Source: Fonticula-like sp. SCN 57-25
Taxonomy: Eukaryota
NCBI GenBank assembly: GCA_001724245.1
Contig: MEDX01000005.1
Location: 1-64,000 of the forward strand
Length of the DNA: 64,000 nucleotides
Reading direction: 5' to 3'
The position numbers and the translations under genes are program-made. The first letter of the stretch is position 1, and each line of letters begins with the position of its first letter. Shown one piece after another: positions 51,208 through 61,889 of the stretch. The notes under the pieces are model-generated. The model searched no databases. It was not told the DNA's origin and saw nothing but the letters and a program-made list of their open reading frames with translations.

Positions 51208-53939
51208 ATGATGATCCGCGGCCTTCCAGACGTGTGGGGTGACATTGACGACGCCCTACGTCGTGCTTCGCGAGCTCCGACCCCGCAGTTGCCGCCCGCC
51301 AAGACTGTGACCGCGACACGCCGGTCGCTGTCGTCGAGTTTGCCGTTGATTACGCCATCTGTGCCTACGAAGGCTCTGGTTGACGCGCGCGTGGAACCCG
51401 ACGCAGGCGGTCCAAGGCGGCTTCTCCAGCGCCTCTTTCCGCCGGGTATGTCACCACCCTTTGCGTGGCACCGCAAATGGCGTTCACCGGTTGCGACAGC
51501 GCATTCTGTGAGGACAGTGTCACTTGGCCAGGTAGCGCGCATAGGCGCTCGGTTGGCCCTAGTACCGTCAGCTCGTGACGTAGGAGTCGTTCAAAGCGCC
51601 CATGCCGTCCCATGTACGCACGCTTCCCGCTGACGCTCTGGTGATGTCTGACTGCCGTTCCTTTCAGTGGCATTGGATAATGCAGATATGTCGCTGCAGG
51701 ACCGCGCAGATGCTGCCGGTGCACTCATTTGGCTATATGGGGAGCCGCGGCGGCCGGTAGACCGGTGGATACTTTGGCACCTCGTCGACTGCACGCGCGA
51801 TTTATTCTCTGACCTGCGACTACTGACTGCGCTGTTGTCGACACGCTCGAGCGGATTTGTGGAATTGAAGCTTGCGGTTCTGCAGTTTGCGCGGGCTTAC
51901 GGCGTAATGTCGGGCGATGCGGCGGTAGCTGCGGCGCGGCAGCTTCAGCTTTTGCTCGAGACTTGCCGGCGTCAGGCCGTGGAAGACCCGCGAATGGCGG
52001 ACCCGTCGCTTCTTGTGACAGCCCTTGTGTGCTTGTCGGTGGTGCGCTTTTTATTTTCTTGTGATTTCGATTAGAAATACTCAATAGCGGCGGTGAATTC
52101 TAGGTTCTCGTGTTTCATCGCGCCCTATGGCTGCAGCAAGATGCGTGGACGTCCTGTATTTTAGACATCATTGAACGAATTTTTTCATTTGTGGAGATTG
52201 AAGCCGGCGTCCGGGCCGCGTTTGCCGCAATGGGCCCAGGCCCGCTGACTGTCATTGCGAACGGGGTTCGGACTATTCTGACGCGCCGCGTGACAAGCGC
52301 GGCAGATCTCACCCCGTCCGTCTTTCTCTTGTGCCACTTGCTGCAGATCATGGGCGATATCAATGAACGGCGACCGACGCCCTTGTCCGAGGGCCTCTTT
52401 GTGGTCCCGTGGCTCGCCGCGCGCACTGGCATGCTGACTCCGAGCTACGAGTTGTCGACAGCGCGCGGCAAGGCCGCCGGACTACTTTCATTCTCGCGCG
52501 TCATTGATTTCGACTCGAAAGCGGTACTGCTTAGGCGAGAGAGCGCGTACTCGATGAGCACGGCGCAGCGCGAGGCGTACCTGTACGTCAGCCGCCTCGT
52601 CGATCTTCAGCGCTCGCTGCTGCAGATGCCGCACAACCCCACAGCGACCGTGCGGCTCACGCCCGAGAAGCAGCAGCACTGCATGAACATGCTCTTTGTG
52701 CTGGACATTCGTCGTGAGCGCATCCTCATGGACTTTATCGATCAGCTCGCCCACAAGCCGGGAAACATCAGAAAGCCCCTGAAGACGCGTTTCGTAGACA
52801 GTGGCGAGGAGGGACTCGACCGCGGAGGAGTGCAGAAGGAGATGATGGCCGTTGCAATCAGGCAGTTGTTTGACCCGGACACGGGGCTCTTTGTGACAGA
52901 CGACGAGTCGCAGCTTTGCTGGTTTGATCCGGCCGCGACGAGCTCGGCATGGATGTTTTTCTACGTTGGGCAGGTGCGTTGAGAAGGGAGGCAGAGTGGA
53001 ATGGGCAGGTTTGCTTCTGTTTCACTACGTTTTCGCTTCACTGTTGGCGGTGCTTTTATACTGATTCGTTTGTCTCGCGATAGATTCTGGGCCTTGCATT
53101 GTACAATGGGATTGTTGTTGATATTCCGCTACCGTCCTTTTTCTTCTCGTCGCTTCTTCTACGTTCCCACTCGCACACGCTCGACGACCTTGCAGAGCTG
53201 TTTCCTGTGCTGGCGCGCTCGCTTAAGGCGCTCTTGGATTATGAGGGCGACGTAGAGCGCGACCTTTGCCTGACGTTTATGGCGGATGATGTGCCTCTTT
53301 GTCATGGCGGCGAAGAGCGCGCGCTCACAAATGACAACCGGGACGAGTTTGTGGATCTTTACATTGCCTACAAGCTAGAAGACGAGATTCTTCAAATGAA
53401 GGCCTCGCTCCTGAGGGGGTTTGCGCGTATCGTGGGCGACCTCGAGACGCTTTCGGTACGCCTGCCTCTACTGCTTTTATTCGTTCTCACTGTCTTTATA
53501 GCTGTTTTCACCGGCGGATCTTCGGAGGATTATGTGCGGAACAAGCCACATAGACTTTCAGCAGCTCGAGAGCGTCGCTACGTACGACGACGGCTACTCT
53601 GCTAGCCACCAAACAATTAGGTACGCCGGGCTTTGCTACATTGGTGGCTCCTTCTCTGATGCATGCTGTTATAGGGACTTTTGGTCTATTGTACATTCTC
53701 TTGACGAGGAGATGCAAAAGAAACTTTACGTCTTTGTAACGGCGAGCGCGCGCGTTCCTCCCAAGGGGATCGGTGTCGTCACATTTGTGGTCCATCGCAA
53801 CGGCCCCGACTCTGACAGGCTGCCTTCGTCGCTGACGTGCTTTGGGCGACTCCTGCTCCCCGAGTACAGTTCAAAGGATAAGCTGCGGAGGATGCTGGTG
53901 ACAGCGCTCGAGAACTATAACGGGTTTGGGCTCGTGTAA
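51208..53939 (+). CDS. HECT E3 ubiquitin ligase (HECTD2/Hul4-like; start uncertain)
   Basis: LDIRRERI, RKPLKTRF..GEEGLDRGGVQKE, LYNGIVVD, DRLPSSLTCFGRLLLPEYSSKDKL..GFGLV. Confidence 0.9.
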
Positions 53940-54090
53940 TTAGTTGCATGTTTCGATGGTTTGCATTGAAACACATTGTAAAACACAACGGCACCCATTG
54001 ATTAGTATTATTGTATTATTGTAACACGTTTTAAATAGATAACATATTCGCAACACTGCGCTAAAATAAGTTGTTCCCATTGGGCTACTT

Positions 54091-55715
54091 TTATGCTGAA
54101 GGAAGCATTTTGTAAGGGTTCATGATGCCGTTGGGGTCGAGCTGCTTCTTGATTGTCTGCATGAGGGACACAGCAAGCGGGCTCTTTGAAAAATGAATAT
54201 GCTGGGCTTTCATAAGGCCGAGGCCGTGCTCCGCGGAAATACTGCCCCGGACTTTCTCTGTTTTGGCATTAGAACGGACATCTGCTGTGGTAAAGGTCAA
54301 AACGCACCAACCCACTCAAAGACAAACGGCTCGATCATGTCGCTAACCTCCTTGTCGTACTTGCGCGCAAGAATGTTGAGATGCAGATTGCCGTCGCCGA
54401 GGTGGCCGTACCCGACGACCGCCATGACGCGGTCGCCCAGCCTGGTCCTCATGTCCTCGACGAGGCGGTACATGTCGGCGACGGGCACGCTCACATCGTA
54501 CTTGTGGATCCACCCGCTTTCATTCCTCATCCCTGTCGCAAGCGATTCGCGCAGCGCCCAAAAGCTGGTAATCTGCTTTTCGCTGTCGGCTACGACGCCG
54601 CTCTCCACAATGCCGTCCGACACGCGCTCTAGAAAGACGCTCAGCTTTTCTGCGTCGTGCGACGCGATCGATCCCGACGTCTCGATGAGTACGTAAAAAG
54701 GAAACGCCGCTCCGCCAAAGGGGTCTGCGTGCCCATGCTTGAACTGAATCTGTGCGCTTGAGCCGTCAAAGAACTCGCAAGCGGACAAAACTTCGCCGAG
54801 CGATGAGCGTGCAAGGCTCAGCACTTGCAGAACGCCGCTCCAGCTTGAAACGCCCAAAAGAGCAACGTTGACAGCAGCGCTGCGCGCTGGCGCAAGAACG
54901 TTCAGCCGCGTGATAACGCCCAGTGTGCCCTCAGACCCAATGAGCAGCTGTTTCAGGTCGTATCCTATATCGCAAGTGTTAGCCGCTGAAACGGACTATC
55001 GCGAGTGATTCGCACCAGTATTGTCCTTGCGCAGGCCAGTGAGGTTGTCCAAAATCGTCCCGTCCGGCAGAACAGCCTCAAGTCCCAGTACGGAGCCTCT
55101 CAGCGAGCCGTAGCGTACCAGGCGAACACCTCCGGCGTTGGTCGCCACGTTGCCGCCCACTTGGCAACTGCCCTTCGCGCCCAGGTCCAGCGGGAACAAA
55201 AAGCCGCGCTCGGCAAGGTACTGATCAGCCGCCTCAAGCACCACGCCCGCCTGAAGCTGTAAAATTCCAGAGACCGGGTCAAAGTGCTCGATCTTGTTCA
55301 TGAGGGACGTCGATAGTACGATCTCGTCAAACACGGGCACTGACCCGCCCACCAGGCCGGTGTTGCCGCCCTGCGGAACAACAGCCAAGCGGCGCTTGTT
55401 GCAGTGCGACAGAATTGAAGACACTTCTTGCGTAGTGCGCGGGCGCAGTACTACAGAGCACTGGCCGCGATACTCGTGCATCCAATCTTCGTTGTACGGC
55501 GCAACGTCATCCACCTCCGTCAACACGCCTCCGGAGCAGACGCTACGAAAGTAGTCAAGATCCCCACCTGATACGCGGGAAAAATGACTTGCACGTCGTA
55601 GTGAGGGAATGCGCTCGGAGGACAGCGGAACGGCAGACGACAGTGACGCAAGACACCGTGGAGCAGTCAACCTCGACGCCCCACGATGCGCGCGCAGCAA
55701 CATCCCCACTGTCAT
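54091..55715 (-). CDS. D2HGDH: Mitochondrial D-2-hydroxyglutarate dehydrogenase (Dld2-like)
   Basis: [63 protein letters not shown]. Confidence 0.95.
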
Positions 55716-55831
55716 GCTGTGATTCAAATGTTCGAATGTCAGTTTGCAACCACCAGTTTGCATCAAACGAGCATCAAACCCAGATCAAACCAGCATCAAA
55801 CCGTTTTTTGCTGCTTCACAGCAGGGCAGTG

Positions 55832-56319
55832 ATGGCGTCGAGAAGTGTATCGATACAGCCAGGTGTGGCTGTTTTTGTGCATGAGCTGAATGCCTTGCCA
55901 CCGGCGGCATTGCTTGGTCGTTCGGTGCGCGTTATTGGACGGTACTTGCCTCGTCTTTGATAGCTCGCGACGATTCTAACAACCTCCTCACCCAGCGTCC
56001 TAGAATGCCACGCTGCACGTAACCGCGTCATCGTGGACCATGCGCAGGAGCAGCTGCTTGTGGACTCGTCGCTTCTGGTGGACGTGAAGCTAGCGCCGCG
56101 GACACTCTTGCAGTTCATTGGAGAGATCGAACAAACCGACGTACGACTTGGCCAGCGTTAGCTGTCGTTGCTCAGATGCAATTGTGTTGATAGGAGGCAC
56201 CCTTCCGGTTTCTGCTTCGCGCCAGGGTGTCGAGAAATGTTACGGGAATGGACTTGACGCTTTACGAGCAAGTCTTGCGCTTACGGAGAGCGGCGGAAGC
56301 GAGCGTGACCGACGTTTAG
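55832..56319 (+). CDS. TEN1: CST telomere complex subunit Ten1 (3 exons)
   Basis: Spliced SIQPGV..GRSVRVIG..LLVDSSLL..LLQFIGEIE..LRARVSRNVTGMDLTLYEQ matches the Ten1 OB-fold pattern. Confidence 0.82.
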
Positions 56320-56370
56320 CGCACCAGTGTTGAAAGGCGTTACTGTCTGCATATCGCATTGAAAAAACGT

Positions 56371-57500
56371 TCATCCTGGCCAAGTGCGAGTGGTAGGGGG
56401 TGGTGAATGTATGAGACCAGCCTTGACTGCTTTGTAGTCGTTCTGGCTCGGCTGCTGCGCGTCCAATTTTGTTGGCCGCCTTATAATTGTTAGCGGTAGC
56501 GACTCCTTGTTCGAACACGCCGAGCAGCGCAGCTTAATGGTCGTGCTAAGATCTTCAGCCGACTTTCCCGCGGTCTTTGCAGTATCGTCGCACTCCACGC
56601 GCGGCGCGCGCGCCATGAGGTGTGCCAAGACCTGCGTGCTCACCAACACGTTCTCGAACTCGCTCGGGTTCCAGTGCGAAAGAAGCTCGTCGGTCAGGTC
56701 GTCGGTAGCCTTGCTCTTCTTCTTGCGACTCCTCTCCAACTGCTGTCGCAGTCAAACGACCTGGCGCCTTCTAATAAATCCTTGTCCGTCTTGTTCGATC
56801 TTGATGTTGCTGCGTTCGAGGACGGTCTCCGTTGGTCAAGCTGGCACCCAGGCGTCGACGGCAGAATACCTGCCAAGCGAACCGTGGTGCCTCGTCCGGC
56901 ACTCGATTGCTTGATGGCCAATCTTATGGCAGAAGTTGCAGACAATCTGCCGTGGAGGGTAGGCGCTCGGGGCGTGGTTGGCGGCGGCTTGCAGTGCCAG
57001 GACGTCAACCAGCTGCTTGACGCTGTCCTCCAGAGTCTTGAGCGAGGCGTTGGGTGCGGCGACCGTTGCGTGATCTTCCGCATCCGTGACGGCTGCGATC
57101 ACCGGGATCCTGGGAATCGGCGTGGATCCGCTCGATCCCTGAATCGACTCGACTCGACAGGCGAGCGCGACGGCTTCGCTGAACTAGATTCATGATGTCA
57201 GGCCTGAAACAGGCTTGTCACAATAGCTGACATCATCATGAATCTAGAGGTTCTGCTGCACAGCATCGCATGGGTATAAAAGAATATAGGTGGCGTAACT
57301 GTCGACGAATGGGTGTCTCGTCGTGGAGGTTCACGTGGTGCTGCGCCGGCGACGTTCCCTCCTCCGCCCGTTCATCATCGGTCGCGAAGAGAGCCCGGAA
57401 CTGGACCAGCACCTCTAAAAGGTCGGGGCAGTCTATGGTGGCCACCCGCCGCTCGACGCTCCAGAGAGCTTGTCGATGAGGCTGGTAGAGGTGATTCCTG
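56371..57500 (-). mobile_element. Degenerate Ty3/Gypsy LTR-retrotransposon fragments (gag zinc knuckle; segment preceding RT)
   Basis: CNFCHKIGHQAIEC (CX2CX4HX4C); LLEVLVQFRALFA...AQHHVNLHDETPIRRQ resembles the protease-RT linker; broken frames. Confidence 0.7.
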
Positions 57501-57889
57501 ACATAACTATTTATTGAATGCTCTCAGAGTACATGCAATCGTCACATTTGTACTCAATAAAATGTGCCTTGAAACAAACGACAGCATGGAAGTTGTTGCG
57601 CAGGCTGGCCACCCAAGGCGGCTTCATTTGCGGATGATAGACGAAACAAAGGGCAATAAACAAACCTTCGTGTTGCGACGCGAATGACGGCGTCCCTGGC
57701 GAGATAAAAAAATGAGAAGCGCTGATGACGACGACGGCGCTACGAGTGACAGGGCTGACGCCTCTACGGCAGGCGAAAAGAAAGGATGGCGACGTCGCAG
57801 CCAGAAACGCAGAGCAGCTCAGCGTCGGTGAAACCAGAACTGCCGTATGAAGGCGAACTTTATCGCAGCGATCTGATGGAGGCTGCAGG

Positions 57890-58305
57890 TGTTGTATTAT
57901 GAGGAAGGAGTTTAGATGTTGTTGAGGTTTGTAGAGGTATATTCCTAATGCAGTATGGGAATACGAAGAACAGGAAGAACAATAAACGCGCATGTGGAAC
58001 ACGAATGCTGCGGTATTTACACTAGGGGTCCTATTGCCGAGGGCGTCCTGCCGGTCAGCTACAGTGTGCGCTATTGGTTCTATATGTGAACGTCCCGAAC
58101 GAGCAACAGATGTGTGCGCCTGTGCCAGGTCAGCGAAGGTGTCGTCGACTCGATCGACGGACCGTTGTCTGGGCCGATGGTTGACCGTGAAGGGACCGGA
58201 CGGTGACTCTTGTCAACCGTGTGTCGCGGGTGCTCGTATCTCCGCGAATACTTGTCGTAGAGCGATCATTCACAGTGCGTTCGAGAGCTCGTGACGAGGC
58301 GAGGC
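57890..58305 (-). repeat. LTR-like repeat copy 1
   Basis: Reverse complement aligns by eye with 59345-59590 and 60195-60310; contains CCAAT; ends ...TACAACA on the minus strand. Confidence 0.65.
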
Positions 58306-59154
58306 GAATGATATTACTCGAATGAGTGCGGCGCATGAAGCTAGAGGGCGCGGCCCGTAAAGCAGAGGGGGAGAGGTGGTCCCTGACAGTCACACGAGGG
58401 CCTCGTTCAACGATGAGCCATGGCCAACAATAGCCGCTGGGTGACAGCGCGATTCTGTTGATTGAACGGAAAATGGTTGTGAACTCATTTTGTAGTGCCC
58501 GGAACGGCGGGTAAGGGGGTCCATCGGGCAGGAGAATTAATGCCCTAAAAAAACACTTGTGAAACCGTGGGTAGCGAGGCTTACGCTTCACACGTTCTGT
58601 CGTTGGCAATGTGTGGTCACACCTAGGCGTTCGTAGCAGTAAAATGGTATAGACGCAAATTCTACTGTGACAGTCCGCCTCATATGTCGCTATGTAGCGG
58701 TATCCTGCTCGCTCTGTACATAGCGATCAACCATCCAATCAATCGAGGATCGTATATGAAAGTTTGATTTTGATTGGTCGGTGTCTATAATTTGTACAAA
58801 ACACGCAATAATCTACTCGAACGAAGTCCAGTCGCCACGAATCTTTGATGACCGCATGCAGGAGGAGGAGGGCTGGTATCGCTGCTTTCTGACAGACCAC
58901 CTATTGTTTGGAACTCACGGGTGTAGTATGGGGGGAATGGGGATAATTTTACTCACGATGCATCTTCTTTTCGCTTCTGAGAACAGCACTCGATCAGTGA
59001 AGTAAATGTTCAAGTGCATTCTTTTCAAAACGGAAGACCTGCTCTACGGTCAGATACTATTTCAAAAACAAAGACGTTTCAGGAACCACACCTACCACAA
59101 CAATACATCCCGCGTTTTTCGTTACCAAGCGCAAAACTCTCTTGAACGGCACCA

Positions 59155-60335
59155 CTCGTCTCGTCTCGTCGCGAGCTCCCGAACGCACCCTAAACCATCG
59201 CTCAGCGACACGTATTCGCGGAGATATAAGCACTTGCCAATTTCCACGTCGAGCATCGTGCCAGGAACCACCCCCACCCCACCCCTACACGTGCCGTGTC
59301 CTCCTGCTCCGCACGCATCGTTCCCCTGAGTAGCACAGGTCGACTCGTCTCGTTGTGAGCTCTCGAACGCACGTTGAATCATCGCTCTACGACAAGTATT
59401 CGCGGAGTTATGGGCATCCGCTAAACGAGGTCGATCCGGAATTGCCGACCGATCTCTTCACGGTCGACCATCGGCCCAGACGACGCCCTTCGATCGAGTC
59501 ACACCATCGCTGACCCACACGCGCACACACGTTCTGCGCTTACCAGGACGTTCACACGCAGGACCAATAGCGCGCACTACAGCTGCTGCCAGTACGCTAC
59601 AGTAGAAGAACGCACACACCTCGCAGCCTATCTCCGACTGGTCGAGCCCTTGGCATAAGTGCTATGAAATTTGCCTCATGGCACCATGCTTCTGCGCTCT
59701 TTCCTTTGCGATACAATACAAGCTCGGGCACACTGTCACACGCGTGTCAGGTCTGTTGATCGCCGCAACTGTTACGGGTGGGATAGCATATCGTAGACAG
59801 AAGACGGGTAGCCTGCGTGCGGTCTTCTTGCAACATCGATGTGCATCGAGCATATATTAAACACATACCTCTCCTTACTCTATCACGATGCTGCACTTGG
59901 TCAGCAGCTATCTTGAGCCTACGGACACCAGGATTGTTCCGTGCACGCAAATTTCCATTCAGTCTCTTCCTGCGTCGCGTCGTTCAGTACAATACTTCCC
60001 AGCACCCTACCATACGACCTCCTATGACGGCTGTGCTTTCATTCCATAGGCGAGTCACGTACTGTATTCTCTGTTCAGCAGCTGTGTTGCGCATCAACAA
60101 CTCGGTAGTCAGTTTCCACAGATTCATCATGTCCACGACTGGCCACATCGTCCAAGGCCACCCCGGACGTTTCTCTCTTTCGTATGACATATAGATAGTG
60201 TGAATTTCACTGTATTGCCATTCTTCATTGCTGTCGCGAGTTTTTTCCTCGTCATATCGAGCTCTAATTTACACAAATAACCTCTACAATCGCAAGGCTA
60301 AACTCCCACCCGCATCTCACGCCTATAGCACTACA
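59155..60335 (+). repeat. LTR-like repeat copies 2 (partial, 59155-59240) and 3 (59345-59590, resuming at ~60195-60335)
   Basis: Shared blocks GAGCTCYCGAACGCAC, GTATTCGCGGAG, CCATCGGCCCAGAC, ACCAATAGCGC and ACCTCTACAA..CTAAACTCC. Confidence 0.65.
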
Positions 60336-60543
60336 CGAACGCATGTGCACTGCGTGCGTCCAATTCAGTACGGATTACAGTACCAATACTAAGCCTGTCC
60401 GTGCGAATGAGAGGTTCGTATAGTATACCCTTCCAGTAATTTGCAATAATTCTATGTCATCAAAGTGATGCGCTTGCAATCATCAGCATATTGCACCATG
60501 TCAGCACCATGTCACCATATCGTGCACAGAGCTGCGTGCGACG

Positions 60544-61681
60544 ATGAGCACCGAGGACGTGTGTCATATTGGCACAGGGGACTCGCTGCCTTTGCCTGAA
60601 ATCAGCGCGCACAGCGCGTTACAACTGCCCAGCGCGCCGGGGCTTGTTTTCGCGAGTGCTGATGGCAATCAGGTGGATGGCGACGTTCGAGTCTTCACAT
60701 CCTATGGACACTTTAACAAGCAGCTGGATCTGGAGGCAACCCAGTCCAGCGCCCTTTGTTCAGCAGGCCAAAGTGTCGGGCGGGTGTTTGCGCGGTGCAA
60801 GACGTCGTCAGAAGATCAGTCGACCGCCGACAGATGGTGGACGGGCAGCGCCGTTCGCGTGTCTGAAGGGTGCCTTGTGACGGCCTGGCACGTCGTCAAG
60901 GACACGCACGAGATCACGGGCACAAACGACGATCTTTGTGGCAAGACGTTTGTGCGCGACAAGGTGTGGGTTTACTTTGGCTGTTCATGCGTCGTCGACG
61001 CCGACATTGCACTCGGCGACAAGATGCACGGCTGCTTTGAGGTTGAAGTGTTGCCGCGTGTCGCCGAGCAGTTCTTTTCGTCTGCGTGGACCGTCCAGGG
61101 AGCCAACCACCAAGCGCAGTGGGACACTGTCAACGATTTTGCCTTCCTCAAGTTTGTCAATGACAAGCCGGACCTCAAAGATGTTCCGTATCTCGTGCCC
61201 TCCGTCACCCAGACGCCGCTAACCGGTAACGTGTTCGTCATCGGCTACCCGGGGGCCATCGGACGTGACCAGTTTAAAAAAAAAAAAGGACTACGCTCAG
61301 CAAGCCAACGCCGACGAGCTATTTGAAAATGCCGCCCGCCTCATGGGCAGCTTTCAACGCAAGACTCTGTCGAAGGGATCCATCGTCCCAGTTGCCCAGG
61401 TGGATCCAGTGCTCGCTCATCGATGCGCGGCTTTGCGCGGCACTTCAGGCGGCGCCTTCCTTGCCTTTGTGAACGGCTCATTGCGTCTGCTCGGCATTCA
61501 CCTCGGCGGAATCGCATCAATCGAGAGCAATGTTGCCCTGCTGGCAACAGCTGAGCAATTCATGCTCGAGTACTTTAGTCACGTCTGCAAAGAGGACTTT
61601 TTCGAGCGGCACTGCCAGGACCGCGAGCTCGCAGAAGCGTATGCAAAGTGCCGTCGCGAGTACCCTAGCGCATTCGCGTAA
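60544..61681 (+). CDS. Trypsin-like serine protease, split by a +1 frameshift at an A12 run
   Basis: LVTAWHVV (His), NDFAFL (Asp), VIGYPG in ORF 60544-61326; RGTSGG (Ser) and LLGIHLGG in ORF 61265-61681. Confidence 0.8.
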
Positions 61682-61889
61682 CGCCCTTTCCAATAGCGCT
61701 CGTATCGGAGCGACGAATCCACCGCTAACGATACACTGTTTGTGCACCCTATCTTCAATACATCGATTCAACCATGCATATTCATAGCGCACGCATTCTT
61801 GCAGTGAATAGTCGGACTGCCCACGAAATCAAATCGCACATCAAAATAGATTGGAATATATTCATGTAACAATCCACACGGATACGAAA

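Noticed and set aside
58781..59005. EVQSPRIFDDRM segment faintly like a chromovirus chromodomain, followed by a purine tract
   Set aside because: Similarity too weak to support by eye
57890..60335. Repeats considered as a CRISPR array or tRNA/SINE cluster
   Set aside because: No regular repeat-spacer period, no cas genes, no convincing cloverleaf or A/B boxes
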